This document shows, piece after piece, positions 9,471 through 18,778 of a stretch of DNA of 64,000 bases (positions within the stretch are counted from its first letter, which is position 1; each line of letters opens with the position of its first letter). The DNA lies in assembly GCF_000006765.1 (NCBI RefSeq), contig NC_002516.2. One strand, 5' to 3'. The translations under genes and the position numbers were made by a program. This DNA is from Pseudomonas aeruginosa PAO1. Its GTDB lineage: Bacteria; Pseudomonadota; Gammaproteobacteria; Pseudomonadales; Pseudomonadaceae. A model generated the notes under the pieces. It searched no databases and was not told where the DNA came from. It saw only the letters and a program-made list of their open reading frames with translations.

Positions 9471-10076
9471 TCACTGGCCAGGCAGCGTGATCTCCCGTTC
9501 CGAAACGATGATCTTGTTGACCAGGCCGTACTGCACGGCCTCCTCCGCGTTCAGCCAGAAGTCGCGCTCGGTGTCGGCGCTGATCTTTTCCGGCGTCTGC
9601 CCGGTGGCTTCGGCGAAGATCCGGTCGAGGCGTTCCTTCATCCGCACGATCTCGCGGCGGTAGATCTCGATATTGCTCGCCGGCCCCTGGATGCCGCCCG
9701 AGGGCTGGTGCAGGAGGAAGCGGGTATTGGGCAGCGAATAGCGGTTTTCCTTGTCCGCCGCGGCATAGATCAGCGCGCCGGCGCTGGCAACGCTGCCGGA
9801 ACCGATCATGATGACCTTCGGTGTGATGAAGCGGATCGCGTCGAAGATCATGTCGCCGGATTCGACGTGGCCACCCGGGGAATTGACGAACATGTAGATC
9901 GGATCGTCGCTGATCGAGGCGAGGATGTGCAGCTGCTGGACGACGTCCTTGGCCATCTTCTCGTCGACCCCGCCGGTGACGAACACCTTCCTGACCTTGA
10001 GCGCGTACTCCATCAGCTTGGCGCCGATGGCGCCGTGGGAGTCGCCGCCTTCGCGGTCCTTGTCATCGGTTTTCAT
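9471..10076 (-). CDS. clpP2: ATP-dependent Clp protease proteolytic subunit ClpP2 (azeA), 201 aa
   Basis: NSPGG, GSVASAG (catalytic Ser), LLHQP (His) and ERDFW (Asp) motifs; GGAGG RBS before ATG 10076. Confidence 0.95.
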   Translation of the reverse strand: MKTDDKDREGGDSHGAIGAKLMEYALKVRKVFVTGGVDEKMAKDVVQQLHILASISDDPIYMFVNSPGGHVESGDMIFDAIRFITPKVIMIGSGSVASAGALIYAAADKENRYSLPNTRFLLHQPSGGIQGPASNIEIYRREIVRMKERLDRIFAEATGQTPEKISADTERDFWLNAEEAVQYGLVNKIIVSEREITLPGQ

Positions 10077-10296
10077 GCAACCTCCTGGAACTGTTGGTAA
10101 TCCATCCGGCAAACCTTTCAGGGCATGCGTTCGTTGTTCGCCAGGCGCGGATATATATCCGTTAATGCGCCTCTTCCGAGCGGCCCATTATGCATCAGCC
10201 AGACACTTTCGAAAGGCTTGCTTCAACTTCGAAAAGACCGGCGAAGGTAATCTCGTGAAGCATAGCCATGCAGGGCCGCGACGCAGGTTTCCCGGA

Positions 10297-10316
10297 ACCT
10301 AACAGATTTGTAAGTT
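10297..10316. promoter_or_regulatory. las/rhl (lux) box 1, ACCTAACAGATTTGTAAGTT
   Basis: Fits NNCT-N12-AGNN; lies in the clpP2/azeB divergent region. Confidence 0.65.
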
Positions 10317-10327
10317 GCCTCGTAAAT

Positions 10328-10347
10328 ACCTACCAGAATTAACAGTT
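10328..10347. promoter_or_regulatory. las/rhl (lux) box 2, ACCTACCAGAATTAACAGTT
   Basis: Fits NNCT-N12-AGNN and resembles the hcnA/phzA1-type boxes as I recall them. Confidence 0.75.
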
Positions 10348-10360
10348 AACAACGCGATTA

Positions 10361-10380
10361 CCCTGCAAGAATTAACAGCT
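10361..10380. promoter_or_regulatory. las/rhl (lux) box 3, CCCTGCAAGAATTAACAGCT
   Basis: Fits NNCT-N12-AGNN; shares AGAATTAACAG with box 2. Confidence 0.65.
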
Positions 10381-10556
10381 ATTTCTTCGAGCCTGCCAAA
10401 AGTAATAGTACACCCCGCTCTTGCTTCGGGTGCCGCCGCTTCCCTGCCAACCACGCTGGCTACGGCGCGCTGAAACGTCGACGGGTGGAACCTGTCCGGC
10501 GAGGCGTGCGGTGCCCGTGTTCGCCGAATCGATGGATTGTTGAAGAGGACGCAGGG

Positions 10557-13500
10557 ATGGTTCGTTTCGCTCGCTTGCCGCTATCGCCCTACCAACGGGA
10601 CATCTGGGTCGCCGCCGCGCAGTTTCCGGAACTCGACCAGTACACCATCTTCAGCTACGACCGCTTCACCGGCGAGGTCGATACCCAGGCCCTGGAACGA
10701 GCGCTGCTGCAGGCGGCGCGAGACACCGAGGCGTTCCGCCTGCGCCTCGGCGAGACGGACGGTACGCCGTACCAGTGGCTGGACACGGATGCCGAGTTCG
10801 AGGCGCGCCACGTCGACCTGCGCGCCGACCGCGACCCCGAGGCCGCCGTGCGATCCTGGCTGCGCGACGCCTTCCGTCACGCCTACCCGCTGGACGGCCG
10901 CAGCCTGGTGGACCTGGCCCTGCTGCATAGCGACCAGGCGCTCTACGTCTACGTGCGCACCCACCATATCGTCAGCGACGCCTGGGGCCTGCAGCTATTC
11001 CTCAGCCGGGTGCGCGCCGGCTACCTGGGTGAGCTAGGCGAGCCGCAGGCGCAGATGCCGACGGCTTCCCTCCTGGCGCAGCTCGAGACCGACGACTACT
11101 CCGGTTCGGAACAGTACCGCGGCGACCGCGCCTATTTCGCCGAGGCCCTGGAGGGCCTGGAGCCGGCCCTCTTCACCCGCAGGCGCCCGGCCGGGCTGCG
11201 CCGCACCGCGCGCCACAGGCTGACGCTGGAACGCACACTGCTCGATGCGATCCGCGATCGTGGCGAATCGCCCTTCCTGTTCCTCTCCGCCGCCGTGGCG
11301 CTGTACCTGGCGCGGATCCACCAGAACGACGACGTGGTCCTCGGCGTACCGGTGTTGAACCGCGCCGACCGCGCGGCCAAGCAAGTGGTCGGGCACTTCG
11401 CCAATACCCTGCCGCTACGCATCCGCACCGCGCCGGAACAGACCGTCGACGAATTCCTGGCGCAGTTGCGCGAGGCGACCCGGACGCTGCTGCGCCACCA
11501 GAAGATGCCCCTCGGCGACCTGTTGCGCGGCGCCTCGCCACTGTTCGACACCACCCTTTCCTACATGCGCTGGCCCGCCGCCCAGGCGATCCCGAACGCC
11601 AGCGTCGAGACCGTGGCGCAAACCCACGCCCATGACCCGGACGCGCTGGCCATCTGGGTCTCCGAGTTCGACGGGCACAGCGACGCGCAGGTGGATTTCG
11701 AATACGCCTGCGATGTGTTCGACGCCGACTTCCCCATGGACGCCGCGGCGCGGCATATCGAAACCTTCCTGCGCGCCCTGGTGGAGGGCGGCGAGCGCCG
11801 CCTCGGCGAACTCGATCCGCTGTCGGCCGCCGAGCGCGAGGAACTGATCCACACCCGCAACGCCACCGACCAGGCATTCCCCGAGCAGGCTACCCTGCCC
11901 ACACTGTTCGCCGAGCAGGTGGCGCGCACCCCGCAACGCACCGCGCTGCTGGAAGCCGACGGCGGCACGCTCAGCTATGCCGAGCTGGACGCCAAGGTCC
12001 AGGCCGTGGCCGACGCCCTGCGCGCAGCGGGTGTGAGGACCGACGAGCGGGTAGCGCTACTGGTCGCCCGCGGTCCCCACCTGCTGCCGGCGATCCTTGG
12101 CGTGCAGCGCGCCGGCGGCGCCTATGTGCCGATCAATCCCGACCATCCCCTGGAGCGCGTCCGCCTGCTGTTGGAAGACTGCGGTGCCCGCGTGGTGCTG
12201 GTGGACGAGCGCGCAGCGACACTCGGCGAGAGCCTCGGCGAGACGCGCGTGCTGCACCTCGAACGCCTGCCGCAGAGCACCGGCGACCTGCCGGCGGCCA
12301 ACGTGGCGCCCGGCGACCTGGCCTATGTCATCTATACCTCCGGTTCGACCGGCATGCCCAAGGGCGTCATGGTCGAGCACCGCTCGGTGGTCAACCGCCT
12401 GAACTGGATGCAGCGTCGTTATCCGATCGGCGAACGCGACGTGCTTCTGCAAAAGACTCCGGTGACGTTCGACGTGTCCGTCTGGGAACTGTTCTGGTGG
12501 AGTTTCACCGGCGCCCGCCTGTCGCTGTTGCCGCCCGGCGCCGAGAAGGACCCGCGGGAAATGCTGCGGAGCATCCAGCGCGACGCGGTCACGGTCATCC
12601 ACTTCGTGCCGTCGATGCTGACGCCGTTCCTCGACCTGCTCGACGGCGACCCGACCGCCCGCGCGGCGGCAAGCTCGCTGCGCCTGGTGTTCTGCAGCGG
12701 CGAAGCCCTCGCGCCGTTGCAGGTCGCGCGCTTCCGCCGGCTGTTCGGCGACGCCGTGCGACTGGTCAACCTGTACGGACCGACCGAGGCCACCGTCGAC
12801 GTGTCCGACCATGAATGCGCCAGCGACAACCCCACGCGGGTCCCGATCGGCCGGCCGATCGACAACCTGCGCCTGTACGTCCTCGACCGCGCGCTCAGGC
12901 CGCAGCCCCTCGGTGCCGTCGGCGAGCTATATATAGGAGGCGTCGGCGTCGCCCGCGGCTACCTGAACCGGCCGGAGCTGAACGCCGAGCGCTTCCTCGT
13001 CGACCCCTTCGTCGCCGGCGGCCGTCTCTACCGTACCGGCGACCTGGCCCGCTGGCTGGCCGACGGCAACCTCGAATACCTCGGCCGCGCCGACGACCAG
13101 GTGAAGATCCGCGGCAACCGGGTCGAACCCGACGAAGTACGCGACCGCCTCGCCGCGCTTCCCGGCGTACGCGACGCCGCGGTCGTGGCACGCGATTCGG
13201 CGGTACGCGGCACGCACCTGGTCGGCTACTACGTGGCTGCGGCGGAACTCGACCCCGGTCAATTGCGCGCCGGACTTTCGGCGACGCTGCCGGACTTCAT
13301 GCTGCCAGCCTTCTTCGTGCGCATCGACAGCCTCCCGCTCAGCGCCAACGGCAAGCTCGACCGCCGGCAACTGCCGGCACCGCCGGAACAGGTGGCGGCG
13401 GTTGCGCCGCGCACGGCGACCGAGGCCGAACTGGCGGCGGTGTGGGCCGATGTCCTCGGCGTGGCGGAGGTCGGCGTGCACGACGACTTCTACGCCCTCG

Positions 13501-16500
13501 GCGGCGACTCGATCCTGATGCTGCGCATCCGCGCCGCCGCACAGCGGCGCGGCCTGGGCTTCGAACTCGCCGACCTGATGCGCAACCCGACGGTGGCGGG
13601 CCTCGCCGAGCGCCTGGTGCGTCCGCTCGCGGAGCGAAGCTACCAGCCCTTCGAACTGGTTTCCGAAGTCGACAAGCCGCGCCTGGAAGGGCTGGAGGAC
13701 GCCTTCCCGACCAGCCGGCTGAGTCTCGGCCTGCTCTTCCATAGCCGCCAGCGCCCCGACTCGTCGGTCTACCACGACGTGTTCCACTACCGCTTCGACC
13801 TGGCCTGGGACGAAGCCGCGTTCCGCCACGCGCTGGACCGGGTGGTCGCCGCCTATCCCGCGCTGCGTTCGTCGTTCGACCTCAGCGGTGCATCCGAACC
13901 GCTGCAACTGGTGCATACCCAGGCGCGCAGCGAACCGCTGATCCTGGACCTGCGCGGCAACCCGGAGGCCGGGACGGTGCTCGACGAGCACATCCGCCAA
14001 CGCCGCTTCCATCGCTATTCGCTGCAACAGCCCGGGCTATTCCTGTTCGCCGCGTTCGTCCGCGAGGACGGCCTGGACCTGGTATTCAGCTTCCACCATG
14101 CGATCCTCGACGGCTGGAGCGTGGCCAACCTGATCGTCGCGCTGGTCGCCGCCTACCGTGGCGAGCCGCTGCCGGGCCCCGCGCCGGCGCTGGCCTGCCA
14201 TGTCCGCGAGGAGCTGGCCGCGCTGGCTTCGCCGGCCGCCGTGGGGTACTGGACCGGGCTGCTGGAGGGCGCGAGGATGACCCGCCTCGACGGCTTCGGC
14301 GCCCACGAGCCGCAAGCCGCGCAAGGTCCGGCCAGCCATCGCGAAGCGCTGCCGGACGGGCTGCTCGAACGACTCAAGGCCACTGCGGCGCAACGCGGAC
14401 TGCCGTTGAAGTCGCTGCTGCTCGCCGCCCATTGCCTGACCCTGCATCTGTTCTCCCGCAGCGACAGCGTGGTCACCGGCGCGATCAGCAACGGCCGCCC
14501 CGAACTGCCCGACGCCGACCGCATGGTCGGCCTGTTCCTGAATACCGTGCCGGTCCGCTCGGAGATTGCCGGGTGTAGCTGGATCGAGGTAGCCGATGCG
14601 CTGTTCCGCCAGGAGCGCGACGGACACGCCCACCGCCGCTATCCGCTCAGCGCCATCCAGCAGATCGTCGGCGACGAACTGAGCAGCGCCTTCAACTACG
14701 TCAACCTGCATGTCCTCGAACCGCTGTGGCAATTGCGCGACTTCCGCGTCTGGGAAGAAACCAACTTCGCCCTGCTGGTCAACGTGATCGCCACGCCCAG
14801 CGACGGCATGTACCTGCGCATCGACAGCGACGGCCGCGGCATCAGCCGCAGCCAGGCCGCGCTGATCGGCGCGACCTTCGTCGAGCTCCTGTGGCGCCTC
14901 GCCGATCATCCCGACGAAGCCGCCGACTTCGCCTTCCTCGCCCCTCGCCGCGACGCCGCTTCCCAGCCCGAGCCGCTGGTCGACGTCGTCAGCCTGTTCG
15001 AACGCCAGGTCGAGGCGCTGCCGGGCAGCGCCGCGCTGGCCTTCGAGGAGCAACGCTGGACCTATCGCGACCTCGACCATGTGGCGCGCTGCGTGGCCAC
15101 CCGCCTGGTCCGCGCCGGCGCGCGCCGCGGCGATGCGATCGGAGTGGCGCTGAACCGTTCGCCGGAGATGATCGCGACGATCTGGGGCATCCTGCGCGCC
15201 GGCCTGGTCTGCGTGCCGCTGGACGTCAGCTATCCCGCGCAGCGCCTGGCGCTGATCCTGGAGACCGCACAGCCGTTCCGGGTGGTCGCGCATCCCGAGC
15301 ACGCCCATGTCGCCGCGGCGGAACGGGTGCTGCCGGTAGAGGAACTGGTCGCCGACATCGAGCCCGAGACCTTCGCCGCGCCGCAGCTCGACGAGCTGGC
15401 CATGCTGCTGTTCACCTCTGGTTCCACCGGGCGGCCGAAGGGCGTCGAGCTTAGCCACCGGATGTGGGCCAACTACACCCAGTGGCAATTGCGCGTCGCC
15501 AGCGGCGTACCGGGGCTGCGCACACTGCAGTTCGCGCCGCTGAGCTTCGACATGGCCTTCCAGGAGATCTTCTCCACGCTGTGCGGCGGCGGCGAGCTGC
15601 AACTCATCTCCAACCGCGAGCGGATGGACCCCTCCGCGTTGCTGCATGTCCTCGAACGCCGCCAGGTCCAGCGCGTGCTGTTGCCCTTCGTCGCCCTGCA
15701 ACGCCTCGCCGAGGCCTCCAACGCGCTGGGCGTGCGCCCCGGCGCCCTGCGCGTGGTGGTGTCCTCCGGCGAGCAGTTGCGCATCACCGAAGACGTCCGC
15801 GCGTTCTGCGCGGCGATGCCCGGGCTGCTGCTGGAGAACCAGTACGGTCCCACCGAGACGCACCAGGTCACCTACCACTCGCTGAGCGGCGATCCGGCGC
15901 ACTACCCGGACCTGCCGCCGATCGGCCGGCCGCTGGACGGGGTCGAGGTGCAGGTGCTCGACGCCGCGCTGCGCCCGGTACCGGTCGGCGTTACCGGCGA
16001 GCTGTACTTCGGCGGCGACTGCCTCGCGCGCGGCTACCACCGCGCCCCCAAACTCACCGCCGAGCGCTTCGTCGAACATCCCTGGCGCCCCGGCGCCAGG
16101 CTCTACCGCACCGGCGACCTCGGGCGCATCCTCGGCAACGGCGAGATCGTCTGGCTCGGCCGCGCCGATACCCAGGTCAAGGTCCGCGGCTTCCGCATCG
16201 AGCCGGCCGAGGTCGAGCTGGCGATCATGCGCCAGGCCGAGCGCCAGCCGGGCCTGCGCGGCGCGGCGGTGGTGGCTCGCGAGCGCCAGGGCAACGATGC
16301 ATTCCTCGCTGCCTTCCTGCTCGGCGAGCCCGAGGCGGTGGATCTCGCCGAACTGAAGCAGGCACTGCGCAGCGAACTGCCGGAACACATGGTGCCGGCA
16401 CACTTCGCCTGGGTCGACGGCTTCGCCCTCACCCCCAGCGGCAAGCGCGACGACGCCGCCCTGCGCGCACTGCCGCTGGAGCACGGGACGAACATCGAGT

Positions 16501-17615
16501 ACCTGGCCCCGCGCGACGACTACGAGCGCACCCTGGCCGGACTCCTCGGCGAGTTGCTGGATCGTCCCCGGGTAGGCATCCGCGACAGCTTCTTCGACCT
16601 CGGCGGCACCTCGCTCAGCGCGATGCGCTTCATGCTGCTGATCGAGAAGCGCTATGGCGTCGACCTGCCGATGGCCGCGCTGATCGAGACGCCGACCGTG
16701 GAGGGCCTGGCCGAACGCCTGCGGGAACGCTCGGCGGTGCGCGCCTTCGACCCGCTGGTACCGATCCGTGCCGGCGGCAGCCGCCCGCCGCTGTTCCTCG
16801 TCCACCCGCTCGGCGGCCACGTGCTCTGCTACCTGCCGCTGGTCCGCGCACTGCCGCCGGACCAGCCGGTATATGCCCTGCAGGCGGCCGGCACCGGCCA
16901 GGGCAGTACGCCGCTGGCGGTCCTCGAGGACATCGCCGCCAGTTACCTCGCGGCCATCCGCCGGGTGCAGCCGGAAGGCCCCTATTACCTCGGCGGCTGG
17001 TCGTTCGGCGGCTTCGTCGCCTACGAGATGGCCCGGCAACTGCGCGCGCTCGACCCGCAGGCGGTCGCCCAACTGATCGTGCTCGACTCCATCACCGTCG
17101 ACCGCAACCACGCCGGCAGCGCCAGCGACGAAGCCCTGCTGCTGTTCTTCTACTGGGAACTGGTCTGGTTCGAGCGCAGCGACAAGGAGGTCGAGCCGCT
17201 GCCTGAAGGCGCGAGCCTGGAGCAGAAACTCGACCACATCGTCGAACGCGCCATCGAGGCCGGCGTACTTCCCGCCGGCACCCCGCGCGCCACCGTGCAG
17301 CGGCTCTACGAGCTGTTCCGGGCGAGCTGGCAGGCACTCATCGGCTATCGCCCGGAAGTCAGCGACCAGGACATGACCCTGCTGCGCGCGGACGGCCCGC
17401 TGCCGCTGGCGCTGAAGCCGATGCACGACGCCGCCGGCACCCACTACGGCGACCCGAAGAACGGCTGGCAGCACTGGACCAGTGGCCGCCTCGATGTGAT
17501 CGACGTCCCCGGCGACCACCTGGTGCTGATGAAAGAACCCTATGTCGAGACGGTCGCGGCAGAGATCGCCGCGTTGCTCGAACCCTCCACCTCCAGCGAA
17601 CGGACCCGCCCATGA
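10557..17615 (+). CDS. azeB: Bimodular NRPS C-A-T-C-A-T-TE, 2352 aa (azetidomonamide/azabicyclene synthetase)
   Basis: C motifs HHIVSD and HHAILDG; A motifs YTSGSTG and FTSGSTG; T motifs GGDSI and GGTSL; TE motif GWSFG. Confidence 0.93.
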   Translation: MVRFARLPLSPYQRDIWVAAAQFPELDQYTIFSYDRFTGEVDTQALERALLQAARDTEAFRLRLGETDGTPYQWLDTDAEFEARHVDLRADRDPEAAVRSWLRDAFRHAYPLDGRSLVDLALLHSDQALYVYVRTHHIVSDAWGLQLFLSRVRAGYLGELGEPQAQMPTASLLAQLETDDYSGSEQYRGDRAYFAEALEGLEPALFTRRRPAGLRRTARHRLTLERTLLDAIRDRGESPFLFLSAAVALYLARIHQNDDVVLGVPVLNRADRAAKQVVGHFANTLPLRIRTAPEQTVDEFLAQLREATRTLLRHQKMPLGDLLRGASPLFDTTLSYMRWPAAQAIPNASVETVAQTHAHDPDALAIWVSEFDGHSDAQVDFEYACDVFDADFPMDAAARHIETFLRALVEGGERRLGELDPLSAAEREELIHTRNATDQAFPEQATLPTLFAEQVARTPQRTALLEADGGTLSYAELDAKVQAVADALRAAGVRTDERVALLVARGPHLLPAILGVQRAGGAYVPINPDHPLERVRLLLEDCGARVVLVDERAATLGESLGETRVLHLERLPQSTGDLPAANVAPGDLAYVIYTSGSTGMPKGVMVEHRSVVNRLNWMQRRYPIGERDVLLQKTPVTFDVSVWELFWWSFTGARLSLLPPGAEKDPREMLRSIQRDAVTVIHFVPSMLTPFLDLLDGDPTARAAASSLRLVFCSGEALAPLQVARFRRLFGDAVRLVNLYGPTEATVDVSDHECASDNPTRVPIGRPIDNLRLYVLDRALRPQPLGAVGELYIGGVGVARGYLNRPELNAERFLVDPFVAGGRLYRTGDLARWLADGNLEYLGRADDQVKIRGNRVEPDEVRDRLAALPGVRDAAVVARDSAVRGTHLVGYYVAAAELDPGQLRAGLSATLPDFMLPAFFVRIDSLPLSANGKLDRRQLPAPPEQVAAVAPRTATEAELAAVWADVLGVAEVGVHDDFYALGGDSILMLRIRAAAQRRGLGFELADLMRNPTVAGLAERLVRPLAERSYQPFELVSEVDKPRLEGLEDAFPTSRLSLGLLFHSRQRPDSSVYHDVFHYRFDLAWDEAAFRHALDRVVAAYPALRSSFDLSGASEPLQLVHTQARSEPLILDLRGNPEAGTVLDEHIRQRRFHRYSLQQPGLFLFAAFVREDGLDLVFSFHHAILDGWSVANLIVALVAAYRGEPLPGPAPALACHVREELAALASPAAVGYWTGLLEGARMTRLDGFGAHEPQAAQGPASHREALPDGLLERLKATAAQRGLPLKSLLLAAHCLTLHLFSRSDSVVTGAISNGRPELPDADRMVGLFLNTVPVRSEIAGCSWIEVADALFRQERDGHAHRRYPLSAIQQIVGDELSSAFNYVNLHVLEPLWQLRDFRVWEETNFALLVNVIATPSDGMYLRIDSDGRGISRSQAALIGATFVELLWRLADHPDEAADFAFLAPRRDAASQPEPLVDVVSLFERQVEALPGSAALAFEEQRWTYRDLDHVARCVATRLVRAGARRGDAIGVALNRSPEMIATIWGILRAGLVCVPLDVSYPAQRLALILETAQPFRVVAHPEHAHVAAAERVLPVEELVADIEPETFAAPQLDELAMLLFTSGSTGRPKGVELSHRMWANYTQWQLRVASGVPGLRTLQFAPLSFDMAFQEIFSTLCGGGELQLISNRERMDPSALLHVLERRQVQRVLLPFVALQRLAEASNALGVRPGALRVVVSSGEQLRITEDVRAFCAAMPGLLLENQYGPTETHQVTYHSLSGDPAHYPDLPPIGRPLDGVEVQVLDAALRPVPVGVTGELYFGGDCLARGYHRAPKLTAERFVEHPWRPGARLYRTGDLGRILGNGEIVWLGRADTQVKVRGFRIEPAEVELAIMRQAERQPGLRGAAVVARERQGNDAFLAAFLLGEPEAVDLAELKQALRSELPEHMVPAHFAWVDGFALTPSGKRDDAALRALPLEHGTNIEYLAPRDDYERTLAGLLGELLDRPRVGIRDSFFDLGGTSLSAMRFMLLIEKRYGVDLPMAALIETPTVEGLAERLRERSAVRAFDPLVPIRAGGSRPPLFLVHPLGGHVLCYLPLVRALPPDQPVYALQAAGTGQGSTPLAVLEDIAASYLAAIRRVQPEGPYYLGGWSFGGFVAYEMARQLRALDPQAVAQLIVLDSITVDRNHAGSASDEALLLFFYWELVWFERSDKEVEPLPEGASLEQKLDHIVERAIEAGVLPAGTPRATVQRLYELFRASWQALIGYRPEVSDQDMTLLRADGPLPLALKPMHDAAGTHYGDPKNGWQHWTSGRLDVIDVPGDHLVLMKEPYVETVAAEIAALLEPSTSSERTRP

Positions 17616-18778
17616 GCAGACATCCCCTGAAGATCGTCATCGCCGGCGCCGGCATCGGCGGGCTCGCCGCGGCCGCCTGCCTGAAAGCCGCCGGCTTCGA
17701 GGTCGAACTCTACGAGCGGGCCAGGGAGCTGCGCGCGGTCGGCTCGGCGCTGTCGCTGATGCCCAACGCGCTGACCGCCCTGGAGAGGGTCGGCGTGCGC
17801 CCTGACCTTACCCGCGCCCAGGCCTTCGACTCGCTGCGGTTCCTCACCCGGCGCGGGCGACCGATCCGCGCCATCGACTTCGGCGGCCTGGCCCGTCAGC
17901 TCGGCCAGCCGAGCCTGGCGATCCACCGCGCGAGCCTGCAGCAGGCGCTGCTGGAACAGGCCCGCGACTGCCGCATCGAACTGGGCGTGAGCGCCACCGG
18001 CTACCTGCGCCACGCCGACGGCGAAGGCGTCACCGTGCTCTGCAGCGACGGCCGCGAAGTGCACGCCGACGTGCTGATCGGCGCCGACGGCTTCAACTCG
18101 GCGATCCGCGCCACCATGACCGGCCCGGAGCGTCCCACCGACTGGCACTACGTGATCTGGCGTGCCACGCCGGCGTTCCGCCATCCGAAGGTGACGCCGG
18201 GCTACGTCGCCCATTACTGGGGCCGTGGGCAGCGCTTCGGTCTCGCCGACATCGGCGAAGGCAACGTCTATTGGTGGGGCACCCGCAACATGCCGGCCGA
18301 ACAGGCGAAGGACTGGCGCGGCGGCAAGGCGGGCATCCAGCGCCTCTACGCCGGCTGGGCCGACGAAGTGCAGGCGGTCATCGAGGCGACCCCGGAGGCC
18401 GACATCAGCAGCCTGCCGGCCCAGGACCGACCGTTCCTGGAGCGCTGGGGCGACGGCCCGGTGACCCTGCTCGGCGATGCCGCGCATCCGATGCTGACCA
18501 GCCTCGGCCAGGGCGCCGCCATCGCCATCGAAGACGCCGCGGTGCTGGCCCACTGCCTGGCCACCATCGACGACCCGCAAGCCGCCCTGCGCGCCTACGA
18601 GAACCGCCGTCGCGACCGCGCCAGGGCGATGGTCGAGACCTCGCGGGCGCTGAGCCGCATCGAGCAGTTGGAGCATCCGCTGCGCACCGTCGCCCGCGAT
18701 CTCTACTTCCGCTTCGCTCCGGAGCGAACCTTCGCCCGGCAGAACGAACTGGCACTGACCTTCCCAGGAGTCGAATGA
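17612..18778 (+). CDS. azeC: FAD-dependent monooxygenase
   Basis: GAGIGG, GADG and LLGDAAH motifs; translationally coupled to the NRPS. Confidence 0.88.
   Translation: MSRHPLKIVIAGAGIGGLAAAACLKAAGFEVELYERARELRAVGSALSLMPNALTALERVGVRPDLTRAQAFDSLRFLTRRGRPIRAIDFGGLARQLGQPSLAIHRASLQQALLEQARDCRIELGVSATGYLRHADGEGVTVLCSDGREVHADVLIGADGFNSAIRATMTGPERPTDWHYVIWRATPAFRHPKVTPGYVAHYWGRGQRFGLADIGEGNVYWWGTRNMPAEQAKDWRGGKAGIQRLYAGWADEVQAVIEATPEADISSLPAQDRPFLERWGDGPVTLLGDAAHPMLTSLGQGAAIAIEDAAVLAHCLATIDDPQAALRAYENRRRDRARAMVETSRALSRIEQLEHPLRTVARDLYFRFAPERTFARQNELALTFPGVE

Noticed and set aside
9274-9663. 129 aa Lys-rich ORF in the AT-rich spacer
   Set aside because: It overlaps clpP2 antisense, has no clear RBS, and its composition simply reflects A-rich DNA.
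14037-17519. 1160 aa antisense ORF, and similar long ORFs at 6374-8842, 921-2933, 27111-29213 and 35513-37144
   Set aside because: They lie exactly opposite well-supported genes. Long stop-free antisense frames are expected from high-GC codon bias, and they show no recognisable motifs.
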